A stretch of DNA of 64,000 bases, taken from assembly GCF_009914755.1 (NCBI RefSeq), contig NC_060929.1; one strand, written 5' to 3'. The notes beneath the pieces are model-generated. The model ran no database searches. It saw only the letters and a program-made list of their open reading frames with translations, and was not told the origin of the DNA. A program made the translations under genes and the position numbers. Below, one piece after another: positions 10,541 to 24,000 of the stretch; position 1 is the stretch's first letter; every line of letters starts with the position of its first letter. This DNA is from the human T2T-CHM13v2.0 reference genome, Homo sapiens.

Positions 10541-13500
10541 TCTTTGTGTTGTGTGTATTCCGCTCACAGAGTTGAACCTTCTTTTAGATAGAGCAGATTT
10601 GAAAGACACTTTTTGGGGAATTTGCAAGTGGGGATTTCAAGCGCTTTGAGGCCAACGGTAGAAAAGGAAATATCTTCGAATAAAAAGTAGACAGAATCAT
10701 TCCCAGAAACTGCGTTTTGATGTGTGCGTTCACCTAACAGAGTTTAACCTTCCTTTTCATAGAGCAGTTGGGAAACGCTATGTTTGTAAAGTCTGCAAGT
10801 GGATATTGGGAACTCTTTGAGGCCTTCATTGGGAATGGGGTTTCTTCATATAATGCTAGACAGAAGATTTCCCAGTAACTTCTTCCTGTTGTGTGTATTC
10901 AACTGACAACAGATGAACCTTCCTTTAGAGAGAGCAGATTTGAAACACTCTTTTTGTGGAAGTTGCAAGTGGAGATTTCAGCCGCTTTAACGTCAATGGT
11001 AGAAAAGGAAATATCTTCGCATAAAAACAAGACAGAATCATTTTCAGAAACTGCTTTGTGATGTGTGCATTCAACTCACAGAGTTTAACCTTTGTTTTCA
11101 TAGAGCCGTTTGGAAACACACAGTTTGTCAAATCTGTAAGTCGATATTCGGAACTATTTGAGGCCTTCGTTGGAAACGGGATTTCTTCATATAATGCTAG
11201 AAAGAAGAATTCTCAGTAACTTCCTTGTGTTGTGTGTAATCAACTCACAGAATAGAACGTTCCTTTAGATAGAGCAGATTTGAAACACTCTTTTTGTGGA
11301 AGTTGCACGTGGAGATTTCAAGCGCTTTGTGGCCAGTGGTAGAAAATGAAATATCTTCGTATAAAAAGTACACAGAATCATTCTCAGAAACTACTTTCTG
11401 ATGTGTGCGTTCAACTCTCGGAGTTTAAACTTTCTTTTCATAGAGCAGTTTGGAAACAGTGTGTTTGTAAAGTCTGCAAGTGGATATTCGGACCTCTTTG
11501 GCGCCTTAATTTGAAACGGGGTTTCTCCATATAATGCTAGACAGAAGAATTCTCAGTAACTTGTTTGTGTTGTGTGTGTTCAACTCACAGAGTTGAACCT
11601 TCCTTTAGACAGAGCAGATTTGAAACACTCTTTTTGTGGAATTTGCAAGTGGAGATTTCAAGCGCTTTGAGGCCAAAGGCAGAAAAGGAAATATCTTCGT
11701 ATAAAAACTAGATAGATCATTCTCAGAAACTGCTTTGTGATGTGTGCGTTCAACTCACAGAGTTTCACTTATCTTTTCGTACAGCAGCTTGGAAACACTC
11801 TGTTTGTAATGTCTGCAAGTGGATATTTTGACCTCTTTTAGGTCTTCGTTGGAAACGGGTTTTATTCATGTAAGGCTAGACAGAAGAATTCTCAGTAACT
11901 TCTTTGTATTGTGTGTATTCCACTGACAGAGTTGACCCTTCCTTTAGACAGAGCACATTTGAACCACTCTTTTTGTGGAATTTGCAAGTGGAGATTTCAG
12001 ACGCATTGAGGTCAATGGTAGAAAAGGAAATATCTTCGTATAAAAACTAGACAGAATGATTCTCAGAACCTGCTTCGTGATGTGTGTGTTCAGTTCAAAG
12101 AGTTTTACCTTTCTTTTCATAGAGCAGTTAGGAAACACTCTGTTTGAACAGTCTGAAAGTGGATATTCCGATCTCTTTGAGGCCTTTGTTGGAAAAGGGA
12201 TTTCTTCATATAATGCTAGACAGAGGAATTCTCAGTAACTTCTCTGTGTTGTGTGTATTCAAATCACAGAGTTGAACGTTCCTTTAGACAGAGCAGACTT
12301 GAAACACTCTTTTTGTGGAATTTGCAATAGGAAATTTCAAGCACTTTGAGGCCAAAGGCAGAAGAGGAAATATCTTCGTATAAAAGCAAGTCAGAATCAT
12401 TCTCAGAAACTGCTTAATCATGTGTGCGTTCGACTCACGGAGTTTAACCTACCTTTTCATACAGCAGTTTGGAAACACTCTGTTTGTAAAGTCTGCACGT
12501 GGATATTTGGACATCTTTGAGGCCTTCGTTGGAAACGGGTTTTATTCATGTAAGGCTAGACAGAAGATTTCTCAGTAACTTCTTTGTGTTGTGTGTATTC
12601 AACTGACAGAGTTGACCCTTCTTTTAGGTAGAGCAGATTTGAGACACTCTTTTTGTGGAATTTGCAAGTGGAGATTTCAGACGCTTTGAGGTCAATGGTA
12701 GAAAAGGACATTTCTTCGTATAAAAACTTGACAGAATGATTCTCAGAAACTGCTTTGTGATGTATGCGTTGAATTCAAAGAGTTCTACCTTTCTTTTCAT
12801 AGAGCACTTAGGAAACACTCTGTTTGTAAAGACTGCAAGTGGATATTCGGACCTCTATGAGGCCTTCTTTGGAAAAGGGATTTCTTCATATAATGCTAGA
12901 CAGAGGAATTCTTCGTAACTTCTTTGTATTGTGTGTATTCAACTCACAGAGTTGAACCTTCTTTTAGATAGAGCAGATTTGAAACACACTTTCTGTGGAA
13001 TTTCCAATTGGAGATTTCAAGCGCTTCGGGGCCAATGGTAGAAAAGGAAAAATCTTCACAAAAAAACTAGACAAAATCATTCCCAGAAACTGTGTAGTGA
13101 TGTGTATGTTTAACTCACAGAGTTTATCCTTTCTTTTCATAGAGCAGTTGGGAAACACCCTGTTTGAAAAGTCTGCATGTGGATATTTGGACCGCCATGA
13201 GGCGTTCTTTGGAAATGGTATTTCTTCATTTAAGGCTACACAGAAGAATTCTCAGTAACTTCCTTGTGTTGTGTGTATTCAGCTCACAGAGTTGAACCTT
13301 CTTTTAGATAGAGCAGATTTGAAAGACACTTTTTGGGGAATTTGCAAGTGGGGATTTCAAGCGCTTTGAGGCCAACGGTAGAAAAGGAAATATCTTCGAA
13401 TAAAAAGTAGACAGAATCATTCCCAGAAACTGCGTTTTGATGTGTGCGTTCACCTAACAGAGTTTAACCTTCCTTTTCATAGAGCAGTTGGGAAACGCTA

Positions 13501-15980
13501 TGTTTGTAAAGTCTGCAAGTGGATATTGGGAACTCTTTGAGGCCTTCATTGGGAATGGGGTTTCTTCATATAATGCTAGACAGAAGATTTCCCAGTAACT
13601 TCTTCCTGTTGTGTGTATTCAACTGACAACAGATGAACCTTCCTTTAGAGAGAGCAGATTTGAAACACTCTTTTTGTGGAAGTTGCAAGTGGAGATTTCA
13701 GCCGCTTTAACGTCAATGGTAGAAAAGGAAATATCTTCGCATAAAAACAAGACAGAATCATTTTCAGAAACTGCTTTGTGATGTGTGCATTCAACTCACA
13801 GAGTTTAACCTTTGTTTTCATAGAGCCGTTTGGAAACACACAGTTTGTCAAATCTGTAAGTCGATATTCGGACCTATTTGAGGCCTTCGTTGGAAACGGG
13901 ATTTCTTCATATAATGCTAGAAAGAAGAATTCTCAGTAACTTCCTTGTGTTCTGTGTAATCAACTCACAGAATAGAACGTTCCTTTAGATAGAGCAGATT
14001 TGAAACACTCTTTTTGTGGAAGTTGCACGTGGAGATTTCAAGCGCTTTGTGGCCAGTGGTAGAAAATGAAATATCTTCGTATAAAAAGTACACAGAATCA
14101 TTCTCAGAAACTACTTTCTGATGTGTGCGTTCAACTCTCGGAGTTTAAACTTTCTTTTCATAGAGCAGTTTGGAAACAGTGTGTTTGTAAAGTCTGCAAG
14201 TGGATATTCGGACCTCTTTGGCGCCTTATTTTGAAATGGGGTTTCTCCATATAATGCTAGACAGAAGAATTCTCAGTAACTTGTTTGTGTTGTGTGTGTT
14301 CAACTCACAGAGTTGAACCTTCCTTTAGACAGAGCAGATTTGAAACACTCTTTTTGTGGAATTTGCAAGTGGAGATTTCAAGCGCTTTGAGGCCAAAGGC
14401 AGAAAAGGAAATATCTTCGTATAAAAACTAGATAGATCATTCTCAGAAACTGCTTTGTGATGTGTGCGTTCAACTCACAGAGTTTCACTTATCTTTTCGT
14501 ACAGCAGTTTGGAGACACTCTGTTTGTAATGTCTGCAAGTGGATATTTTGACCTCTTTGAGGTCTTCGTTGGAAACGGGTTTTATTCATGTAAGGCTAGA
14601 CAGAAGAATTCTCAGTAACTTCTTTGTATTGTGTGTATTCCACTGACAGAGTTGACCCTTCCTTTAGACAGAGCACATTTGAACCACTCTTTTTGTGGAA
14701 TTTGCAAGTGGAGATTTCAGACGCATTGAGGTCAATGGTAGAAAAGGAAATATCTTCGTATAAAAACTAGACAGAATGATTCTCAGAACCTGCTTCGTCA
14801 TGTGTGTGTTCAGTTCAAAGAGTTTTACCTTTCTTTTCATAGAGCAGTTAGGAAACACTCTGTTTGAAAAGTCTGAAAGTGGATATTCCGATCTCTTTGA
14901 GGCCTTCGTTGGAAAAGGGATTTCTTCATATAATGCTAGACAGAGGAATTCTCAGTAACTTCTCTGTGTTGTGTGTATTCAAATCACAGAGTTGAACGTT
15001 CCTTTAGACAGAGCAGACTTGAAACACTCTTTTTGTGGAATTTGCAATAGGAAATTTCAAGCGCTTTGAGGCCAAAGGCAGAAGAGGAAATATCTTCGTA
15101 TAAAAACAAGTCAGAATCATTCTCAGAAACTGCTTAATCATGTGTGCGTTCGACTCACGGAGTTTAACCTACCTTTTCATACAGCAGTTTGGAAACACTC
15201 TGTTTGTAAAGTCTGCACGTGGATATTTGGACATCTTTGAGGCCTTCGTTGGAAACGGGTTTTATTCATGTAAGGCTAGACAGAAGATTTCTCAGTAACT
15301 TCTTTGTGTTGTGTGTATTCAACTGACAGAGTTGACCCTTCTTTTAGGTAGAGCAGATTTGAGACACTCTTTTTGTGGAATTTGCAAGTGGAGATTTCAG
15401 ACGCTTTGAGGTCAATGGTAGAAAAGGACATTTCTTCGTATAAAAACTTGACAGAATGATTCTCAGAAACTGCTTTGTGATGTATGCGTTCAATTCAAAG
15501 AGTTCTACCTTTCTTTTCATAGAGCACTTAGGAAACACTCTGTTTGTAAAGACTGCAAGTGGATATTCGGACCTCTATGAGGCCTTCTTTGGAAAAGGGA
15601 TTTCTTCATATAATGCTAGACAGAGGAATTCTTCGTAACTTCTTTGTATTGTGTGTATTCAACTCACAGAGTTGAACCTTCTTTTAGATAGAGCAGATTT
15701 GAAACACACTTTCTGTGGAATTTCCAATTGGAGATTTCAAGCGCTTCGGGGCCAATGGTAGAAAAGGAAAAATCTTCACATAAAAACTAGACAAAATCAT
15801 TCCCAGAAACTGTGTAGTGATGTGTATGTTTAACTCACAGAGTTTATCCTTTCTTTTCATAGAGCAGTTGGGAAACACTCTGTTTGAAAAGTCTGCATGT
15901 GGATATTTGGACCGCCATGAGGCGTTCTTTGGAAATGGTATTTCTTCATTTAAGGCTACACAGAAGAATTCTCAGTAACT

Positions 15981-18360
15981 TCCTTGTGTTGTGTGTATTC
16001 AGCTCACAGAGTTGAACCTTCTTTTAGATAGAGCAGATTTGAAAGACACTTTTTGGGGAATTTGCAAGTGGGGATTTCAAGCGCTTTGAGGCCAACGGTA
16101 GAAAAGGAAATATCTTCGAATAAAAAGTAGACAGAATCATTCCCAGAAACTGCGTTTTGATGTGTGCGTTCACCTAACAGAGTTTAACCTTCCTTTTCAT
16201 AGAGCAGTTGGGAAACGCTATGTTTGTAAAGTCTGCAAGTGGATATTGGGAACTCTTTGAGGCCTTCATTGGGAATGGGGTTTCTTCATATAATGCTAGA
16301 CAGAAGATTTCCCAGTAACTTCTTCCTGTTGTGTGTATTCAACTGACAACAGATGAACCTTCCTTTAGAGAGAGAAGATTTGAAAAACTCTTTTTGTGGA
16401 ATTTGCACGTGGAGATTTCAAGCGCTTTGTGGCCAGTGGTAGAAAATGAAATATCTTCGTATAAAAAGTACACAGAATCATTCTCAGAAACTACTTTCTG
16501 ATGTGTGCGTTCAACTCTCGGAGTTTAAACTTTCTTTTCATAGAGCAGTTTGGAAACAGTGTGTTTGTAAAGTCTGCAAGTGGATATTCGGACCTCTTTG
16601 GCGCCTTATTTTGAAACGGGGTTTCTCCATATAATGCTACACAGAAGAATTCTCAGTAACTTGTTTGTGTTGTGTGTGTTCAACTCACAGAGTTGAACCT
16701 TCCTTTAGACAGAGCAGATTTGAAACACTCTTTTTGTGGAATTTGCAAGTGGAGATTTCAAGCGCTTTGAGGCCAAAGGCAGAAAAGGAAATATCTTCGT
16801 ATAAAAACTAGATAGATCATTCTCAGAAACTGCTTTGTGATGTGTGCGTTCAACTCACAGAGTTTCACTTATCTTTTCGTACAGCAGCTTGGAAACACTC
16901 TGTTTGTAATGTCTGCAAGTGGATATTTTGACCTCTTTTAGGTCTTCGTTGGAAACGGGTTTTATTCATGTAAGGCTAGACAGAAGAATTCTCAGTAACT
17001 TCTTTGTATTGTGTGTATTCCACTGACAGAGTTGACCCTTCCTTTAGACAGAGCACATTTGAACCACTCTTTTTGTGGAATTTGCAAGTGGAGATTTCAG
17101 ACGCATTGAGGTCAATGGTAGAAAAGGAAATATCTTCGTATAAAAACTAGACAGAATGATTCTCAGAACCTGCTTCGTGATGTGTGTGTTCAGTTCAAAG
17201 AGTTTTACCTTTCTTTTCATAGAGCAGTTAGGAAACACTCTGTTTGTAAACTCTGCAAGTGGATATTCAGACCTCTTTGAGGCCTTTGTTGGAAAAGGGA
17301 TTTCTTCATATAATGCTAGACAGAGGAATTCTCAGTAACTTCTCTGTGTTGTGTGTATTCAAATCACAGAGTTGAACGTTCCTTTAGACAGAGCAGACTT
17401 GAAACACTCTTTTTGTGGAATTTGCAATAGGAAATTTCAAGCGCTTTGAGGCCAAAGGCAGAAGAGGAAATATCTTCGTATAAAAACAAGTCAGAATCAT
17501 TCTCAGAAACTGCTTAATCATGTGTGCGTTCGACTCACGGAGTTTAACCTACCTTTTCATACAGCAGTTTGGAAACACTCTGTTTGTAAAGTCTGCACGT
17601 GGATATTTGGACATCTTTGAGGCCTTCGTTGGAAACGGGTTTTATTCATGTAAGGCTAGACAGAAGATTTCTCAGTAACTTCTTTGTGTTGTGTGTATTC
17701 AACTGACAGAGTTGACCCTTCTTTTAGGTAGAGCAGATTTGAGACACTCTTTTTGTGGAATTTGCAAGTGGAGATTTCAGACGCTTTGAGGTCAATGGTA
17801 GAAAAGGACATTTCTTCGTATAAAAACTTGACAGAATGATTCTCAGAAACTGCTTTGTGATGTATGCGTTCAATTCAAAGAGTTCTACCTTTCTTTTCAT
17901 AGAGCACTTAGGAAACACTCTGTTTGTAAAGACTGCAAGTGGATATTCGGACCTCTATGAGGCCTTCTTTGGAAAAGGGATTTCTTCATATAATGCTAGA
18001 CAGAGGAATTCTTCGTAACTTCTTTGTATTGTGTGTATTCAACTCACAGAGTTGAACCTTCTTTTAGATAGAGCAGATTTGAAACACACTTTCTGTGGAA
18101 TTTCCAATTGGAGATTTCAAGTGCTTCGGGGCCAATGGTAGAAAAGGTAAAATCTTCACATAAAAACTAGACAAACTCATTCCCAGAAACTGTGTAGTGA
18201 TGTGTATGTTTAACTCACAGAGTTTATCCTTTCTTTTCATAGAGCAGTTGGGAAACACTCTGTTTGAAAAGTCTGCATGTGGATATTTGGACCGCCATGA
18301 GGCGTTCTTTGGAAATGGTATTTCTTCATTTAAGGCTACACAGAAGAATTCTCAGTAACT
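15981..18360 (+). repeat. 14-mer HOR variant U7 (2380 bp)
   Basis: Same dimer2/dimer3 hybrid monomer near 16370-16407; spacing 2380. Confidence 0.95.
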
Positions 18361-21079
18361 TCCTTGTGTTGTGTGTATTCAGCTCACAGAGTTGAACCTT
18401 CTTTTAGATAGAGCAGATTTGAAAGACACTTTTTGGGGAATTTGCAAGTGGGGATTTCAAGCGCTTTGAGGCCAACGGTAGAAAAGGAAATATCTTCGAA
18501 TAAAAAGTAGACAGAATCATTCCCAGAAACTGCGTTTTGATGTGTGCGTTCACCTAACAGAGTTTAACCTTCCTTTTCATAGAGCAGTTGGGAAACGCTA
18601 TGTTTGTAAAGTCTGCAAGTGGATATTGGGAACTCTTTGAGGCCTTCATTGGGAATGGGGTTTCTTCATATAATGCTAGACAGAAGATTTCCCAGTAACT
18701 TCTTCCTGTTGTGTGTATTCAACTGACAACAGATGAACCTTCCTTTAGAGAGAGCAGATTTGAAACACTCTTTTTGTGGAAGTTGCAAGTGGAGATTTCA
18801 GCCGCTTTAACGTCAATGGTAGAAAAGGAAATATCTTCGCATAAAAACAAGACAGAATCATTTTCAGAAACTGCTTTGTGATGTGTGCATTCAACTCACA
18901 GAGTTTAACCTTTGTTTTCATAGAGCCGTTTGGAAACACACAGTTTGTCAAATCTGTAAGTCGATATTCGGACCTATTTGAGGCCTTCGTTGGAAACGGG
19001 ATTTCTTCATATAATGCTAGAAAGAAGAATTCTCAGTAACTTCCTTGTGTTGTGTGTAATCAACTCACAGAATAGAACGTTCCTTTAGATAGAGCAGATT
19101 TGAAACACTCTTTTTGTGGAAGTTGCACGTGGAGATTTCAAGCGCTTTGTGGCCAGTGGTAGAAAATGAAATATCTTCGTATAAAAAGTACACAGAATCA
19201 TTCTCAGAAACTACTTTCTGATGTGTGCGTTCAACTCTCGGAGTTTAAACTTTCTTTTCATAGAGCAGTTTGGAAACAGTGTGTTTGTAAAGTCTGCAAG
19301 TGGATATTCGGACCTCTTTGGCGCCTTATTTTGAAACGGGGTTTCTCCATATAATGCTAGACAGAAGAATTCTCAGTAACTTGTTTGTGTTGTGTGTGTT
19401 CAACTCACAGAGTTGAACCTTCCTTTAGACAGAGCAGATTTGAAACACTCTTTTTGTGGAATTTGCAAGTGGAGATTTCAAGCGCTTTGAGGCCAAAGGC
19501 AGAAAAGGAAATATCTTCGTATAAAAACTAGATAGATCATTCTCAGAAACTGCTTTGTGATTTGTGCGTTCAACTCACAGAGTTTCACTTATCTTTTCGT
19601 ACAGCAGCTTGGAAACACTCTGTTTGTAATGTCTGCAAGTGGATATTTTGACCTCTTTTAGGTCTTCGTTGGAAACGGGTTTTATTCATGTAAGGCTAGA
19701 CAGAAGAATTCTCAGTAACTTCTTTGTATTGTGTGTATTCCACTGACAGAGTTGACCCTTCCTTTAGACAGAGCACATTTGAACCACTCTTTTTGTGGAA
19801 TTTGCAAGTGGAGATTTCAGACGCATTGAGGTCAATGGTAGAAAAGGAAATATCTTCGTATAAAAACTAGACAGAATGATTCTCAGAACCTGCTTCGTGA
19901 TGTGTGTGTTCAGTTCAAAGAGTTTTACCTTACTTTTCATAGAGCTGTTAGGGAACACTCTGTTTGAACTGTCTGAAAGTGGATATTCCGATCTCTTTGA
20001 GGCCTTTGTTGGAAAAGGGATTTCTTCATATAATGCTAGACAGAGGAATTCTCAGTAACTTCTCTGTGTTGTGTGTATTCAAATCACAGAGTTGAACGTT
20101 CCTTTAGACAGAGCAGACTTGAAACACTCTTTTTGTGGAATTTGCAATAGGAAATTTCAAGCGCTTTGAGGCCAAAGGCAGAAGAGGAAATATCTTCGTA
20201 TAAAAACAAGTCAGAATCATTCTCAAAAACTGCTTAATCATGTGTGCGTTCGACTCACGGAGTTTAACCTACCTTTTCATACAGCAGTTTGGAAACACTC
20301 TGTTTGTAAAGTCTGCACGTGGATATTTGGACATCTTTGAGGCCTTCGTTGGAAACGGGTTTTATTCATGTAAGGCTAGACAGAAGATTTCTCAGTAACT
20401 TCTTTCTGTTGTGTGTATTCAACTGACAGAGTTGACCCTTCTTTATGTAGAGCAGATTTGAGACACTCTTTTTGTGGAATTTGCAAGTGGAGATTTCAGA
20501 CGCTTTGAGGTCAATGGTAGAAAAGGACATTTCTTCGTATAAAAACTTGACAGAATGATTCTCAGAAACTGCTTTGTGATGTATGCGTTCAATTCAAAGA
20601 GTTCTACCTTTCTTTTCATAGAGCACTTAGGAAACACTCTGTTTGTAAAGACTGCAAGTGGATATTCGGACCTCTATGAGGCCTTCTTTGGAAAAGGGAT
20701 TTCTTCATATAATGCTAGACAGAGGAATTCTTCGTAACTTCTTTGTATTGTGTGTATTCAACTCACAGAGTTGAACCTTCTTTTAGATAGAGCAGATTTG
20801 AAACACACTTTCTGTGGAATTTCCAATTGGAGATTTCAAGCGCTTCGGGGCCAATGGTAGAAAAGGAAAAATCTTCACATAAAAACTAGACAAAATCATT
20901 CCCAGAAACTGTGTAGTGATGTGTATGTTTAACTCACAGAGTTTATCCTTTCTTTTCATAGAGCAGTTGGGAAACACTCTGTTTGAAAAGTCTGCATGTG
21001 GATATTTGGACCGCCATGAGGCGTTCTTTGGAAATGGTATTTCTTCATTTAAGGCTACACAGAAGAAGTCTCAGTAACT
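18361..21079 (+). repeat. 16-mer HOR copy U8 with a 1 bp deletion (2719 bp)
   Basis: CTTTATGTAGAG at 20441 versus CTTTTAGGTAGAG in the other copies; all downstream coordinates shift by 1. Confidence 0.9.
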
Positions 21080-24000
21080 TCTTTGTGTTGTGTGTATTCC
21101 GCTCACAGAGTTGAACCTTCTTTTAGATAGAGCAGATTTGAAAGACACTTTTTGGGGAATTTGCAAGTGGGGATTTCAAGCGCTTTGAGGCCAACGGTAG
21201 AAAAGGAAATATCTTCGAATAAAAAGTAGACAGAATCATTCCCAGAAACTGCGTTTTGATGTGTGCGTTCACGTAACAGAGTTTAACCTTCCTTTTCATA
21301 GAGCAGTTGGGAAACGCTATGTTTGTAAAGTCTGCAAGTGGATATTGGGAACTCTTTGAGGCCTTCATTGGGAATGGGGTTTCTTCATATAATGCTAGAC
21401 AGAAGATTTCCCAGTAACTTCTTCCTGTTGTGTGTATTCAACTGACAACAGATGAACCTTCCTTTAGAGAGAGCAGATTTGAAACACTCTTTTTGTGGAA
21501 GTTGCAAGTGGAGATTTCAGCCGCTTTAACGTCAATGGTAGAAAAGGAAATATCTTCGCATAAAAACAAGACAGAATCATTTTCAGAAACTGCTTTGTGA
21601 TGTGTGCATTCAACTCACAGAGTTTAACCTTTGTTTTCATAGAGCCGTTTGGAAACACACAGTTTGTCAAATCTGTAAGTCGATATTCGGAACTATTTGA
21701 GGCCTTCGTTGGAAACGGGATTTCTTCATATAATGCTAGAAAGAAGAATTCTCAGTAACTTCCTTGTGTTGTGTGTAATCAACTCACAGAATAGAACGTT
21801 CCTTTAGATAGAGCAGATTTGAAACACTCTTTTTGTGGAAGTTGCACGTGGAGATTTCAAGCGCTTTGTGGCCAGTGGTAGAAAATGAAATATCTTCGTA
21901 TAAAAAGTACACAGAATCATTCTCAGAAACTACTTTCTGATGTGTGCGTTCAACTCTCGGAGTTTAAACTTTCTTTTCATAGAGCAGTTTGGAAACAGTG
22001 TGTTTGTAAAGTCTGCAAGTGGATATTCGGACCTCTTTGGCGCCTTAATTTGAAACGGGGTTTCTCCATATAATGCTAGACAGAAGAATTCTCAGTAACT
22101 TGTTTGTGTTGTGTGTGTTCAACTCACAGAGTTGAACCTTCCTTTAGACAGAGCAGATTTGAAACACTCTTTTTGTGGAATTTGCAAGTGGAGATTTCAA
22201 GCGCTTTGAGGCCAAAGGCAGAAAAGGAAATATCTTCGTATAAAAACTAGATAGATCATTCTCAGAAACTGCTTTGTGATGTGTGCGTTCAACTCACAGA
22301 GTTTCACTTATCTTTTCGTACAGCAGTTTGGAAACACTCTGTTTGTAATGTCTGCAAGTGGATATTTTGACCTCTTTGAGGTCTTCGTTGGAAACGGGTT
22401 TTATTCATGTAAGGCTAGACAGAAGAATTCTCAGTAACTTCTTTGTATTGTGTGTATTCCACTGACAGAGTTGACCCTTCCTTTAGACAGAGCACATTTG
22501 AACCACTCTTTTTGTGGAATTTGCAAGTGGAGATTTCAGACGCATTGAGGTCAATGGTAGAAAAGGAAATATCTTCGTATAAAAACTAGACAGAATGATT
22601 CTCAGAACCTGCTTCGTCATGTGTGTGTTCAGTTCAAAGAGTTTTACCTTTCTTTTCATAGAGCAGTTAGGAAACACTCTGTTTGAACAGTCTGAAAGTG
22701 GATATTCCGATCTCTTTGAGGCCTTTGTTGGAAAAGGGATTTCTTCATATAATGCTAGACAGAGGAATTCTCAGTAACTTCTCTGTGTTGTGTGTATTCA
22801 AATCACAGAGTTGAACGTTCCTTTAGACAGAGCAGACTTGAAACACTCTTTTTGTGGAATTTGCAATAGGAAATTTCAAGCACTTTGAGGCCAAAGGCAG
22901 AAGAGGAAATATCTTCGTATAAAAGCAAGTCAGAATCATTCTCAGAAACTGCTTAATCATGTGTGCGTTCGACTCACGGAGTTTAACCTACCTTTTCATA
23001 CAGCAGTTTGGAAACACTCTGTTTGTAAAGTCTGCACGTGGATATTTGGACATCTTTGAGGCCTTCGTTGGAAACGGGTTTTATTCATGTAAGGCTAGAC
23101 AGAAGATTTCTCAGTAACTTCTTTGTGTTGTGTGTATTCAACTGACAGAGTTGACCCTTCTTTTAGGTAGAGCAGATTTGAGACACTCTTTTTGTGGAAT
23201 TTGCAAGTGGAGATTTCAGACGCTTTGAGGTCAATGGTAGAAAAGGACATTTCTTCGTATAAAAACTTGACAGAATGATTCTCAGAAACTGCTTTGTGAT
23301 GTATGCGTTCAATTCAAAGAGTTCTACCTTTCTTTTCATAGAGCACTTAGGAAACACTCTGTTTGTAAAGACTGCAAGTGGATATTCGGACCTCTATGAG
23401 GCCTTCTTTGGAAAAGGGATTTCTTCATATAATGCTAGACAGAGGAATTCTTCGTAACTTCTTTGTATTGTGTGTATTCAACTCACAGAGTTGAACCTTC
23501 TTTTAGATAGAGCAGATTTGAAACACACTTTCTGTGGAATTTCCAATTGGAGATTTCAAGCGCTTCGGGGCCAATGGTAGAAAAGGAAAAATCTTCACAT
23601 AAAAACTAGACAAACTCATTCCCAGAAACTGTGTAGTGATGTGTATGTTTAACTCACAGAGTTTATCCTTTCTTTTCATAGAGCAGTTGGGAAACACTCT
23701 GTTTGAAAAGTCTGCATGTGGATATTTGGACCGCCATGAGGCGTTCTTTGGAAATGGTATTTCTTCATTTAAGGCTACACAGAAGAATTCTCAGTAACTT
23801 CCTTGTGTTGTGTGTATTCAGCTCACAGAGTTGAACCTTCTTTTAGATAGAGCAGATTTGAAAGACACTTTTTGGGGAATTTGCAAGTGGGGATTTCAAG
23901 CGCTTTGAGGCCAACGGTAGAAAAGGAAATATCTTCGAATAAAAAGTAGACAGAATCATTCCCAGAAACTGCGTTTTGATGTGTGCGTTCACCTAACAGA

